Assembly (NCBI GenBank): GCA_013239625.1
Contig: MU054220.1
Location: forward strand, 2,603,374-2,667,373
From: Lama guanicoe
Lineage: Eukaryota
Direction of reading: 5' to 3'
DNA: 64,000 nt
Part shown: positions 48,465 through 61,764 of the stretch, piece after piece
Layout of the letters: each line of letters begins with the position of its first letter
Numbering within the stretch: position 1 is the first letter of the stretch
Made by a program: the position numbers and the translations under genes
The notes under the pieces: generated by a model
The model's database searches: none
Seen by the model: only the letters and a program-made list of their open reading frames with translations
What the model was told of the DNA's origin: nothing

Positions 48465-49135
48465 CTGGATTTTTGCTGTAGCCTCCTAAATGGTTTAGCC
48501 TCTTCTGCCCTTGCCCACAACATAGCAGCTCCAATGAGACTTTAAAATGTAAGGTAAATTTTGTTACTTTCCTGCTCAGAACCCTCCAGTGGCTCCCCAT
48601 CTCACTCAGAGTGAAAGTCAAAGTCCTGGACCTACCAGGCCCTACACATCTGCCCTGTCTCCAACACTCTGCCCTGATCTCCGTCTTCTCTCCAACTACA
48701 AGCTCTCCTTCAGCCATCGCGGCTGCCTTTCCAAGTGTGCTCTCACCACCAGACCTTTGCACTTGCTATTCCCTCTGCTTGGAACAGCTTTCCCCCAGAG
48801 ACCTGCCCAGCACAGTCCTTCACTTCTCTCAACTCTTGGTTTAAAGTGTCACCATCACAGTGAGACTTTCCCATAATCACCCTATAGATTATAGTAACTC
48901 TTCCCCAATCACCCCACTGGCTTCTTCTTTGCTTTATTTTTTCCATAGTGTTTATCACTATCTAATATACCACATGTTTTAACTTTTTTTGTTGTTGTTA
49001 TTTACTTTCTTCTCCCATTAGAATGTAAAGGTCATGAAGGCAGGGGTTTGTCATCTATGTTGTTCACTGTTATATCATCAGTGCTTAAAATAATACCTGG
49101 CATATAATAAGTCCTCAATAAATATATGTTGAATG
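48465..49135 (+). mobile_element. L2a-like 3' end
   Basis: accctccagtggctccccatctcactcagagtgaaagtcaaagtcc...ctcaataaatatatgttgaatg. Confidence 0.85.
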
Positions 49136-49974
49136 GATTATTGTTAGACTCATATAGATGAGGCAAGGGATGCGGCTAGAGTTCAAACTCAGGTCTTCCT
49201 GAGTCAAAGCTCGTGTTCTGAACGACTATGCTACATTGCCACTGTGTTGAATATTGAATATATGATGCGTTCTTCCAAATGGCTATTTCCTACACTCTGG
49301 CAGTTTTCTATTTCTTGGCTCTCTCTGTAGTTAATATTTCTGAGTTAGTAAGAACTCTCTATGAACTGCATCCTAATATTTCCTCAAGATCATTGCATTG
49401 CAAAATAGGCTGAAATAAGACTGCCCACTGCATTACCTGCAGAGCTGTCTCTCCTTCATCTCGCTTCACTGCAGCCTGTCTGCCAGCTAAGGTCAGAACT
49501 ACACTGCTTCTGGCCAAACGCAATCTCAGGTTAACTGGTCGATAGGATGCAATCTGTAAAATAAATTAGAAAAACCTAAACGACCGATAACCATCCCTCA
49601 AGTTTGCATGTTGAACAGACTTCAAGTGCACTATCTATTTTGAGGCTTATAATGACCTGCTGGATGGATCACTGCTCACTGCACCATTTAGATGAAGAAA
49701 CAGAGGTCACAATTAGCAGCAGTGCAGGGACTAGAACATGGCTTTTCTGACACAAAAAGCCCAATTCCTCCTCAAACTGAGCTTCCTTCTGCTGATTTCA
49801 TTCCTGTCTATCACCAGCTTTAGTTTACAGTTCTACCAACTTTTCGTACACAGCACCTGGAATCTTGGTAGATAAATAAATTGTGTAAGTGGGGAGAGGC
49901 TGGGTGTGTTTGGAACACAAGGAGTTTTTGGCTGCTTAACATTCTGCTCCCTTCTTTTGTGAGAGCCTCAACTT

Positions 49975-50325
49975 CTGTTTTGGACAGAAGTTGCTTCTGT
50001 CCCATTGGATGCAGTCTCAGCTGGGTTGTCAATCAAGGTGGCAAAGGAGAGGGCATTTTGCTCAAGCCAAGCCAATCAGAATGAAGGACTTGGGATCTTA
50101 ACCAGAATAGCAGAAGGATAGTATAATGTTGTAGAAGAAGCAGCACCCTCACAAGGCAGTTGATTCACCCCTATTCCAGGATGTCATGGCTGTCATTGTT
50201 CCCAGCTCTTCCAGCCTCATTCTCAGCTGTCTCTTGATTCTGTGAACTGGCCCCATCCTCCCAATACATCCCTGTGCTTACGTTAGCCAAAATGTATTTC
50301 TGTTGCTTGCAACCAAAGAATCCTG
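49975..50325 (+). mobile_element. Old MaLR LTR (MLT1I/J-like)
   Basis: Ends tttctgttgcttgcaaccaaagaatcct. Confidence 0.6.
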
Positions 50326-50749
50326 TTTGGAGTAGGAAAGAATTATGGGAAGGCTAGCCTCCTTCAGCAAGACTGGAGTCGAGGTGAGCTAGGGTGCGTG
50401 AGTGGACAGTGGTGCTCTTCTTGGTCTGTGGATCAGTGCGTGCCAGCCTGTTACCTTCTCACTTGGGACATCACAGTCTGGATGGATGTGGGACCCAGTA
50501 AGCCTCTTAAAAATGAAGGGTCAGGTTGAGGAGGATGTAAGTGGAATGGAGATTTGGGATACTCCCCAAGGACTCAGGAAGGAGAGAACAAGGAGGCCCA
50601 GGGTGCCTTAACACTGCTGCAGGAGTTGTCTAGGTAGGAAGAATAAGACCCAATTTGGAAAACAACTTTTGCTTTGCTAAGCAAGTTTTGTGAAAGCTGG
50701 GCTTCAATGTCACTCTTGGGCCCCAATTCTCATCTTTTAGGTGAATGGC

Positions 50750-51330
50750 AAAATTATTAGACAGTTATGATGGAATGGGGAGTGATGCTGAAAGGGAGAT
50801 GCATTGCTGCCACCCTCAACACACAGAGAACAGAGACTTTTCTCCCAGGTGCCCACTCCCCACTTGCTGCTTCTCTGCTGGTTCTGATACCCGCCACACA
50901 CCTTCTCTGCTGTGGACAAAGTGTCTGGATATACCACTTCCATCTTGTGATGGAGCGCTCCAAGCCCATGTGACTCTATGGCTTGATGGTTCTGACAGAA
51001 CCCATCTTGGGATGGGCATCTCTGGCTGTAAGGTCAGTTAATGTCCCATAATCAGGTGTTAAGTCTACCAGGCTTCAGTAAATAGTGGGTGCTGTTTTTT
51101 GGAATGGAATATACAATTCTCTGTTATAGATGGCATGGCCTTGCTCCAGAACCCCAGGGGTCTATGTTGTGATTCTTTTGGGGCTTGCCATAAACTCCAC
51201 ACAGTTTCTTTTCCCACCATAGATGCCTCGAGTACCACAGAGTCAATTACACCACAGCCTGCACCTGCTGTTGAGCCCTCTCTTGCCCTGGACCCCACTG
51301 AAAGCTGACAGTTCTCCTTGTCACTAAGTA
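50750..51330 (-). pseudogene. ERV-L (class III) pol relic, RT-connection/RNase H region, frameshifted
   Basis: LEASMVGKETVWSLWQAPKESQHRPLGFWSKAMPS, PIPRWVLSEPSSHRV and SITRWKWYIQ in successive frames match ERV-L pol motifs (WSLWQAP..RPLGFWSK; WVLSDP.SH; IIKWKWYI). Confidence 0.85.
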
Positions 51331-51397
51331 AATGGGTCTGAACAATATCCTCAAATGTGGGACATGCTGTCGCTAGAACCGGAGAAGGTCTGCCAGG

Positions 51398-51800
51398 TTA
51401 TGATTGGCAGCCTCGAAGATGGTCCCCAGTGATCCCCGCCTCCTGGCACTCCCTCCCTGTCGTCTATTCTCCATGTCGTCTATTCTCCTTGTGTGGTTTG
51501 CTTCTGATGAATAGAAAATGGCACTTCCAAGGTTAGCATACAAAAGGGCTGTGGATTCTGTCTTGGAAGACCCTCTGCTCTCTCTCTGTCTCTGATCACC
51601 AGCTGCTGTGTTGTGAGGACACCAGGACGCATGGTGAGGTACCAAGGCCTACCAGCAACTGCAGGAATGAGCCTGGTAAAGGATCTCTAGGGCCTGCAAA
51701 AGCCATGAGAGTGATCATGGAAGCAGATGCCCCAGTCTCAGCTGAACCTCGAGATGACTGCAGCCCTGACCCGTATCTTCATTTCAGCCTTATGAGAGTC
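51398..51800 (+). mobile_element. MaLR LTR (MLT1F-like) inserted into the ERV-L internal region
   Basis: ggcagcctcgaagatggtccccagtgatccccgcctcctgg...gatgactgcagccctg. Confidence 0.75.
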
Positions 51801-52334
51801 TCAGGGTCCCGTTCTTTCCAAGCAGACCCCTGACCTTGGCATAGCAGATTTGCTGAAGTTGAGAATTCAGTCTTCTTATAATTAAGTTCTGGGTCTGATC
51901 CTTAGTTTTCTCTGCCCTCCAGTACAGGAGCTAAGAGTCTCTTTATATGCTGCCTTATATATGTTACCCTCAAGCTTTAACACTTTGCTTTATATTGGTG
52001 ATTAATCATTCCAGGCCTTTCATTGTCTTTCTCCAATGAATCAATCCCCCGCCCCTCCGCTTGCCCCCAGCAACAGCCATCTCATTCTACAATCTTAACA
52101 AAGAGTTCTTAGCAGAACCTCTCACATACTTGATAAGCTGCACCCCCAGTGCATTCACTTCCAACTGTGCCCCATCCCTGGTCGCCACCAGTGGAAATGT
52201 TAGCAGTTACACCCAAACTACATGCCCCGTGCTCTCAGTGTCCACCTACTGTTAATAATGAGGTCCTCAGTGACAGTCAGCCAGCAAGTGATACTGCTCC
52301 AGAATCTCATTTTGGGACCGCTTTCTTAGACCAA

Positions 52335-52785
52335 CCAATTTCCATAGGTCAGGTTTCTCAGGAGATAGCCTCTGGAGCAGAGATTCGCACGCATGCAGTT
52401 TATTGAGGAGTAGTTTTGGGAGGAACACCTGGAAGGGGAAGAAGAGGAAGCTGGATTGAACAGAGAGAGAAGCTGGGCTCTGATGCAGTCACAACAGAGG
52501 CCTCAGTGGATTCAATGAGCAGATCAGAAGCTGGGATGGCCCTTTAGAGTTATCCAATCAAGGCAAGGATGCCAGGCTTTTGTACCCCCTGTTGACCCAT
52601 CACAGGATGCAGGCTGCCCCAGGGAGAAAGCATCATCTTGGATGGTGCAGCTTCCTGTGGTTGAGGGCAATTCCTGGAAGGCACTCAGTGTGAACGGTCA
52701 GCAGCCAACCCTCTTATAGCTGGGAGAATCCGTATCTTGGTCTCAAAGGGGGACCTGTGTAGAGCACTGCCAACATCCACTCCAG
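52335..52785 (-). mobile_element. ERVL LTR (LTR16-like), probable 5' LTR of the adjacent internal relic
   Basis: gtttattgaggag...ggaagctggattgaacagagagagaagc...gggatggccctttagagtt; the minus-strand AATAAA (tttatt near 52399) is oriented toward the leader-like text at 52290-52330. Confidence 0.7.
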
Positions 52786-53849
52786 AAGGTACAGTTACTA
52801 CCCCCTTTTACAGATGAGCAAAACCAAGGCACAGAGAAGTAACCTGCCCAGCCAGGCAGTAACGGAGCCAGAGCTCACGCTCTTAACCCCCGTGCTCTGT
52901 GCCTTTCTAGAAGGAAAGAATCCTTCCCCGGTTCCTGAAATCATGGCCAAGTCAAGGAACAAATGACAAATACAGAATCTGCTTTTGATATTCCCCAATC
53001 TCCATTTTGGTGCTCTTATCTCACCCCTCATACAGAGTCTGTCTTCCCCAGACTCTGAAGTCACGAGAAGAGCATTCCAGGGTTGGGAGTCGAAGAAATG
53101 ATGTTGCTTGGGTGGGTGTAGGCATGACTACTATGGAGCAATTGATAGGCTGATTTGGCTGCAAAAAAAAAAAAATTGTAAAGGCAGGTAGAAAGAGCTA
53201 AGTTGGGAGAGCCAGGCTAAAGTCGACTATAGAGGTCTTGATAGTCAAGCTAAGGGATTTACAAACAATGGCAAAGGTGTGGAGTGTTCTAAGCAGAAGG
53301 GGTGGGTGAGAATGATGTGTGCAAAGGGTTGTTTGAGGAAGATTTAATGTGTCCCTGGGGCAAAGGATGAACTAGCAGAAATAGAGGATAGAGGCAGGGA
53401 AAGCTGTTAGGAGGCTGTTGTAACAGTTCAAGAGGGTAGAGGAAGCAGAGAGAGAGAGAGAGAGAATGGAAAAGAAAGGATGGTGGTAAATAAACGAACG
53501 AACAAACAAACAAACGCAATTACTTCCTCACCCCTCCACACCAAAAAGAAAAAAAAGGTGGAGGACAGGCATTTTGAAAATGGACTGTTGGGAATCTATA
53601 TATACATTAAAGATAGTCATCTTAGAAGGTGTCAGCAAAGACAGCAGAACCTCAAGGGTGCTTAGCAAAGGGTGCTATAGCAAAACTCCATAAAGATGAA
53701 AACATTCAAGGGCTTTCCATGGAAAAGACCACAGAAATTGCTTTGCCACAGTACAAGCCTGAGTACCCACATGGCAACTAACCTTAAGAGGACAGGACAG
53801 GAGGCGTGTTGGCATACCAGTGTGTATTTGTAGATCTAGGTAAGGATTT

Positions 53850-54095
53850 TATTTAACAACACTGGTATGGTGTTTGCTGTGTGCTACGCGCTGTTCTCTT
53901 TATGAATATCTACTCACTGAATCACTTGTCATTACAGTTCTATGAAGTAGGTGTTATCATGATCTCCACTTACAGATGAGAATACTGAAGTACAGTGGGG
54001 TTAAGTCATTTGCCCAAGCTCAGCCAGGAAGTGGAGGAACCAGGATTCAAACCTAGAAAATGCCTCCACATTCCATGCTGTTAACCACTGTACTC
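53850..54095 (-). mobile_element. MIR SINE
   Basis: acttacagatgagaatactgaag...ttaagtcatttgcccaag...aggattcaaaccta. Confidence 0.75.
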
Positions 54096-54838
54096 TGCTC
54101 ATGACACTTTGTGATGTACCATGATAAAAGTTAAAGTGGGGATAAAAATGATAATCACCAATTTACCGATATGACCAATTGGAGTTTAAAGATTCCCAAG
54201 ATTTCTCATTTTTTATTTTAAAGCTGACTTCTGCCCCACTTTTATCCTGTGACCTCATCTTACCTTCTCCCTCAGATATTCAATTCATAAATACCTTGGG
54301 AAAAGCCATGCCCACTATTATGTTGTGGGTTAGATCATAAGTCAGAACAGCCTGAAAGAGTCTCATGTATCGGCCGTGACAGAAAAGGTATAGCATCCTT
54401 ACCTTAATTGCAATAGTCATTTATTTTTTCATTCAGTGCTTCATTCATTTGTACAGGAAACAACTATCCAATACTTACTCTGCACAGGGACTGGGCTGAA
54501 GATTAGAAACATGAAGATGAATAAGGGTTGGCCTCTATACCTGAGGGACTGCAGTGTTCTTCTGTTGCTTCCACAAGATCCCTAACCCAGAATTCTAAGA
54601 ACAACCAACAGTCAGGGATGAAGAAGAACATTCCATGATTGATGGAAGCAGTCAGGGGGTGGGAGTTTGCTGGATGAGTATAAGGAGACTGGAGCAGTTA
54701 TTCCATAAGGAGAAATGATGGCCAGTTCAACACCTTGTCCAGATACTCTTCTTTTCAGCCTATAAGATGCTTATCAGCCATTTTTTCACAGTCTTGGAAG
54801 AAGATTGGGGGCCTAATTTTTTTAACTGATATTTTGAT

Positions 54839-55804
54839 TTTTTTAAAACTTTTTTTATTGACTTATAGTCATTTTACAATGTTGTGTCACATTCCACTGT
54901 AGAGCACAAGTTTTCAACATACATATACTCATTGTCATTTTTTTTTCACTGTGAGCTACCATAAGATCTTGTGTATATTCTCTGTGCTATACAGTATAAT
55001 CTTGTTTATCTATTCTACATTTTGAACTCCCAGTCTGTCCCTTCCCACCCCCCACCCCCTTGGCAACCACAAGTTTGTATTCTATGTCTATGAGTCTGTT
55101 TCTGTTTTGTGTTTATGTTTTGTTTTGTTTTTTAGATTCCACATATGAGCAATCTCATATGGTATTTTTTCTTTCTCTTTCTGGCTTATTTCACTTAGAA
55201 TGACATTCTCCAGGAACATCCATGTTGCTGCAAATGGTGTTATGTTGTTGATTTTTATGGCTGAATAGTATTCCATTGTATAAATATACCACCTCTTCTT
55301 TATCCAGTCATCTGTTCATGGACATTTAGGCTGTTCCATGTCTTGGCTATTGTAAAATAGTGCTGCTATGAACGTTGGGGTGCAGGTGTCATTTTGAAGT
55401 AGGGTTCCTTCTGGATATATGCCCAGGAGTGGGATTCCTGGGTCATACGGTAAGTCTATTCCTAGTCTTTTGAGGAATCTCCATACTGTTTTCCACAGTG
55501 GTTGCACCAGACTGCATTCCCACCAGCAGTGTAGGAGGGTTCCCTTTTCTCCACAGCCTCTCCAGCATTTGTCATTTGTGGACTTTTGAATGATGGCCAT
55601 TCTGACTGGTGTGAGGTGATACCTCCTTGTAGTTTTGATTTGCATTTCTCTGATAATTAGTGATATTGAGCATTTTTTCATGTGCCTATTGATTATTTGT
55701 ATTTCTTCCTTGGAGAATTGCTTGTTTAGGTCTTTTGGCCATTTTTGGATTGGGTTGTGTTTTTTTTTTCTTATTAAGTCATATGAGCTGTTTATATATT
55801 CTGA
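54839..55804 (-). mobile_element. Young camelid-type L1, 5'-truncated (about 970 bp)
   Basis: 11-bp TSD gatattttgat at 54828-54838 and 55805-55815; well-preserved 3'UTR. Confidence 0.92.
55316..55681 (-). pseudogene. L1 ORF2p C-terminal cysteine-rich domain fragment
   Basis: [29 protein letters not shown]...[19 protein letters not shown]...WRFLK is canonical ORF2p; frameshift near the end. Confidence 0.92.
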
Positions 55805-56484
55805 GATATTTTGATATATTAATGAAAGATTTATGTGGCTTGCTCATTGTGGGTAGAATTCTTTGTCCTCCAATTTCATCAACTTCATTCCTATGTTTTA
55901 AAAAATGTTTGATAGATTAAAGAATACATAGAACATATATCTAAGTACAAAGCACAATAATAAAGCAAACATTTGTAAACCATCCAACTTAAGAATATTT
56001 CTGATTCTGTTGACTACCTGTGAACTCCCCAATCCCACCTTCTGGCTACCTTCCAGAGGTAACTATTGTCCTGAATTTTGTGTTTATTGATCCCTGGATT
56101 TTAAGATAGCTTTATCACATGCATGGGTCCCTAAACAATATAGTGTTTACTTTTTCTTACTTTTTTAGGCTTTAAAAAATGGTTTTGTTCAGTATAGAGT
56201 CCACTGTGACTTGCTTTGTCCACTCCACAGTGTATTTCTAAGATTCGTCCAAACTGCTCCATGCAGCTGAACTTCATTTCATAGCTGTTTATTAACTCAT
56301 TCAATAAACATTGATTGAACCCTTGTAATATTGTATTAGGTGAATATATCACAATTTATTTGTTTAGCTTTCTATTGATGGATGTTTGGGATGTTTTCCT
56401 TTTTTTCTTTCTTTTACAACTAACACTACTGGGAATATTCTCTTACATGGTTTCTGACATACATGTGCAAGAATTTCTCAAGAG

Positions 56485-57975
56485 CACTGGTTTTCCTACC
56501 AAGATTCATGATAGTCAGTGGTCTGTGAAATCAATTTAATAGATTCAACCAGGATTTTTTAAAAAGTGAAACAAAGCCGTAACTACCTTAGTGCATTTCC
56601 TGTAGAAATGGTTAAGTATTGTTTGTGAGACTTTTGTTTCAGTTGTGTTCATGTGTCCTGCACTGTGATGTGGAGTTTTTCTTACTGCGGTTCTTAGAAA
56701 AGTCTGGACGCCCTTGTTCTGGGGTGGTGCTTCTTGAGCCATCTGTGGGTGGATTTGGAAAATATTCCAATCTGTCGCAGATTGATATTTTTGTAAAATA
56801 CCATAAAAATGAATTACTTGGAAAATGAGATTATTAAAAATTCAAAAAATGCAAACATAAAGCCCAATTTTAAATTATTATATTCAGCAGACATTAATTA
56901 TATTTCAATAAATATAGTGGGGCAATTATTCACACTAGACAAAAGGTAGAAGCAACCCAAGAGTCCATCAATTGATGAATAGATAAACCAAAGGTGGCAT
57001 ATACATTCAATGGAATATTATTCAGCCTTAAAAAGGAAGGAAATTCTGACACATGCTACAACATGGGTGAAACTTGAGGACATTTTGCTAAGTGAAATAG
57101 GCCAGTCACATTAGGACAAATACTGTATGATATTCCACTCATATGTGATACCTAGAGTAGTCAAATTTATTGAGACAGAAAGAATAGTTGCCAAAAGTTG
57201 GGGGTGCAGGGGGAATGTGGAGTTATTGTTTAATGGGAATGGAATTTTAGTGTAGAAAGACGAAAAAAAAAGTTCTAGAGGGATGATGGTGATGGTTACA
57301 TGACAGTATGAATGTACTTTTAATGCCACTGAACTGTGCACTTAAAAATGATACAAACGAACTTATTTACAAAACAGAAATAGACTCACAGACATTGAAA
57401 ACAAACTTTTGGTTACCAAAAGGGGAAGTAGGGGACATATTAGGAGTTTGAGATTAACAGATATTCACTACTATATATATAACAGATAAACAACAAGGAC
57501 CTACTGTATAGCACATGGAACTATATTTGATAACTTGTATATTCAATACCTATAATGGAAAAGAATCTGAAAAAGAATATGTGTGTGTGTGTATGTGTAT
57601 ATATATATATATATGTAATTGTTTATTTAGTATAAATAAATATATACTGAATCACTTTGAATATATATATATTCAAAATATATACATACTGAATCACTTT
57701 ACTGTATACCTGAAGCTAACACAACATAAATCAGCTATACTTCAATTTTTAAAACTGAGGAAAAATGGTTAAAATGATCAAATTTTTTGCTATGTATATT
57801 TTACCACGATGAAAAAGTCTAAAAAGTTAAAAACAAATATAAGATGGTAGTGTCAAGTTGCTATCAAATTTTGTTAATCCTTACTGTCAATTTTCATACT
57901 TGTCTCATGGTGGCTGATAACAGACCATTCATTCATATATTGGCACCAGTCTGTGGATTGCACTTTGAGTGGCCT
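56485..57975. mobile_element. hAT-Charlie relic (MER119/Charlie7-like) split by nested L1s
   Basis: Left part 56485-56910; right part 57840-57975 ending ggcaccagtctgtggattgcactttgagtggc. Confidence 0.5.
56920..57830 (+). mobile_element. L1MA/MB-like 3' end with a younger L1 3' end nested at about 57351-57735
   Basis: caatggaatattattcagccttaaaaaggaaggaaattctgacacatgctacaacatgg; nested gatacaaacgaacttatttacaaaacagaaatagactcacagac. Confidence 0.8.
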
Positions 57976-57979
57976 TGTC

Positions 57980-60420
57980 CCAGTGTATAATCCCAAGAAC
58001 AGATACACTGACATACAGGCTACTTACATGCTCACCTTTACAAGATAATCCCAAATTATTTTCTAAAGAGGGAAACAATTTCCACACCCACCAGCAGGTG
58101 TATCAAGAGTTGCCTGTGCTCCTCAACCTTGCCAATACTTAGTATTGTCAGAATTCTTAATGTTTGCCAATTTGGTAAGTATAAAATAGTATCTCATTTT
58201 GGTCTGAATTTGCATTTCCCTGTTTATTAGTAAATTTGAGCATCTTTTTATATGTTTATTGACAAGTTGTATTTTTTCTTTTCTTATTGAAATGCCCATT
58301 TAAGTCTTTAGCTCATTTATTCTATTGGGTTCTTGGTAATTTTATTATTGATTGGTAGGAGTTTGTTTATCCAACAAATATTTATTGAGCACCTGCTATG
58401 TGCCAGGGACTCTTCTGTATGCTGGGAATATAGCAGTGAACAAAATAGATCAAAATTCCTTGTCTCATTTTGGAGTTTATAGTCTACTGAGGACAGTGGG
58501 TGGCAGGCAATCAAATCATTTAGTTACACGGATAGTATGTATGGTAATGATAAATGTTATGACTAAAAATAAGGCAGGAAAGGGCAATAGGCAGGGCAGG
58601 GAGTGGTGATGAGCTTGCAATTTTTGAAACAGTGGCCAGGGAAGGTTTTATAAAAAACATGACATTTGAGCAAGATTCTGAAGCAGACCAGGAAATGAAC
58701 ATGCAGACAGCTGTAGGAAAATTTCCTTGTGTATTCATTTGTCAGTTGTATGCATTATAGACATCCTGTCCCACTTTGTGGCTTGCCTTCTCACTTTCTT
58801 TAGGATACAGTTTGATGAATGACATTCTTATTTTTAATATAATTTAATATGTCAATTTTTAATTTTATGGTTAGTACATTTTGGACCTTGTATAAGAAGC
58901 CCTTCTCTCTCAACATATTGAAGAAATTTGTCTATATTTTCTTCTAAAAAAATTTTTTTATGAAACTATAGTCAGTTTGAAATGTGTCAATTTCTGATGT
59001 ACAGCATAATTGTTCAGTTATACATATATATATTTGTTTCACGTTCTTTTCCATTAAGGGTTACTACAAGATATTGAATATAGTTCCCTGTGCTATACAA
59101 TATAAACTTGTTTTTTATCTATTTTATGTATAGTATTTAGTACCTGCAGCTTCTAAAAAATTTTGAAGTGTCGCCTTATACATTTCACTTTTTAATTCAC
59201 ACAATTTACTTTTGGATATGGTGTGAGATAGGGATCCATCTTTTTTCCCCATGTACATAACAAACTGTGCACCATTTACTGGATAATCCGTCCTTTCTCT
59301 GGTGGTCTGCTGTGCCATCTGTTTCATAAATCAGGTTTCCATATGTGTGTAGTTCTGCTATGGAGCATTCTGTTCAATTCCATTGGTCAATATGTACCTG
59401 TACCTATACCACACTATATTACTTACTATGGCTTTATATTATGTTTTTATATGTAGTAGAGAATATCCTTATACCTTATCCTTTTTTTTTTTCCAGAAAT
59501 GTCTTGGCTACTCTTAGGATGCTTCTCTTCCGTATAAAGTTTAGTATTATTTTGTCAAGTTGCTTGAAAACCCTTCTTGAGATAAGAACTTGGGTTGAGT
59601 TGACTCTATAGATCAATTTAAAGATAAATGACATTATTTTCAGATTATGACTTTTTAATCCATGAACAAGTCTCATCCCTCCATTTATTTGCCTCATGTA
59701 ACGCTTTGCAATAAAGCTATTTTTTTTCTTTATAAAGGTCTTCCACATTTTACATCATGTTTATTCCCAAGTACCTTAATTTTGGTTGCTATAATAATTG
59801 GTGTCTCTAAAAATTATGCTTTATGTTTATTGGTGGAGTATAGAAATGCAATCAGTTTATATTATTCACCCAGCCTGTTGAACTTTTAAAAATTCCAGAA
59901 ATTTATCTATAAAGTCTTTTGTGTTTTCTAAATAAACAATTACATTATCTATAAAGAGATCAGTCTTGTTTCTTCCTTTCCAAAACCTATACGTTTTATT
60001 TCTTTTCTTATTGCACTGGATAGGACTTCAAGTACAATGCTGGAAAGAAGAGTTCATGTGGACATTTTTGTCTTGTTCCTGATTTTAAAGTGATACTTCA
60101 AACATTTCACCATGAAGAATGATGTTTGCTGTAATTATATGGTAAAAAGCCCTTTATCAGGTAGGAAATTTCATTATGAATTGGTGGTAAATTTTAGCGA
60201 ATGTTTTTCCCTTCCATTGTTTAGATAACCATATGGTTTTTCTCCTCTATGCATTAATGTGGTGAATTATATTGGTAGCTTTTCTAATGTTAAGTCACTC
60301 TTGTATTCCTAGGATCAACCCAACTTGATCACGATACATTATCTCTTTTACACACTGCCAAATTCAATTTCTAGGATTTTTGCCTCTAAGCGAATAAATG
60401 AGATTGGCCTCTCATTTTCT
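57980..60420 (-). mobile_element. Old L1 (L1ME-like) with nested L2 (58360-58720) and a young L1 tip
   Basis: ORF 59476-59748 (LIYRVNSTQVLISRRVFKQLDKIILNFI) resembles L1 ORF2p. Confidence 0.75.
58952..59149 (-). mobile_element. Young L1 3' end
   Basis: aactatagtcagttt...ttccctgtgctatacaa; TSD cttctaaaaaa starting at 58941 and 59150. Confidence 0.85.
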
Positions 60421-60717
60421 TGACCAATTTAATTTCTTTACATTCCTCCAATAGGTTTGTCACTGTGGCTTAGCACAGGTCAATTATCTCCAGTTTAGAA
60501 GGCTGTTCTTCCCTCTGCTGGCTACCAAATGGCCTTTCCGTTCTGGCTTTCCCTCCTAACATCAATGCACTGGTGCCTGGCTACTAACCACAGTAAAGCC
60601 AGACATACCGCTGGAGGTCAGTGGCAGGCCTGAAGAAGCCGGGCCCTTGGAGATCTGGCTGGTTGTCAATCTATATCCCTTCTTTCCTGCTCAAAACTCA
60701 GTGTCTAAGAAGCTCTT

Positions 60718-60816
60718 TTTTTTAAATTGAAGTACAGTCAGTTACAATGTGTCAATTTCTGGTGTACAGCATAATGTCCTCGTCATGCATATACATACAT
60801 ACATTCATTTTCGTAT
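60718..60816 (-). mobile_element. Young L1 3' tip (99 bp)
   Basis: ttgaagtacagtcagttacaatgtgtcaatttctggtgtacagc; 12-bp TSD taagaagctctt at 60706-60717 and 60817-60828. Confidence 0.88.
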
Positions 60817-61764
60817 TAAGAAGCTCTTCTAGATTACCAGCCTGTGATCGATCCGCCTTGAGAGTGGGGACCACATCTTTCCATCTCTGTATCTCCAGGG
60901 TCCAGCCTGCACCAAGAAGTTGCTCATAAATGCTTGTGAAACTGAGTTTACCCACTCAATTCTGAGCGCTTCTTGCCTCAGGTGACCCTGATTTTTAAAA
61001 CTGTTTCTTCAAAATTGTCTTAAGCCTTTTTTCTGCATGTGTTAGAGGCTTAGGCTCTCTCACAAGACAGACAGTGGTTATTTTGTAGACGAGAATTGTG
61101 TCTACTGAGGAAGTTCTTTTGACTTTCCAATTGCAGAGCTTGCCCTTCACCAGCCCAAAGAGTCTCTTCCCGTCTTCGTTTTCACCCACCTTTTTCCTCA
61201 CACCAGGAAACTCTAGTTAGGCTTCATTCTTGAAGGTTTCCAGGTGGACCACGATCTCTGTGCTTTTATGCCACACCTTTGCTCATGCCCTTTTCCAATC
61301 CGCCCTCTCCAGCCCCTCTCCCCATGAACTCCTTCTCTGTCTTTTGCGTTGTACTCAAAGGTCGAATCCTGGGTAAAGCCCCTCCCTGATCTCCTTCCAG
61401 TCTTCTTTCTCCTTGGAGTCAGTCTTTCATCCTCTGTGCTCTTCAGGTGTTGTAAACGCGTGCCTAGTTTAAAAAAAGAGAGAGAGAGAAACAAACAAAC
61501 AAAAAAACCCTTTTTTTAACCCTGAAATACTTCACTGTATAATTCCCAAGATCAGGACATTCTCTTACACAGCTTACAGTACAGTCATCAAAATCAAAAT
61601 ATTTAACATGGATACAAATACATCTAATCCACTGTTCATTTTAAAATTTCATCTATTATCCCTTTCTTTTACTTTATTGTAACAATTGTCACATTTTAAA
61701 AGATTTTTTTGTTTCAACTTTATTTTTTGTTAGTTTGCATGCTTTTTAAAAAACAGCTTAAAAA

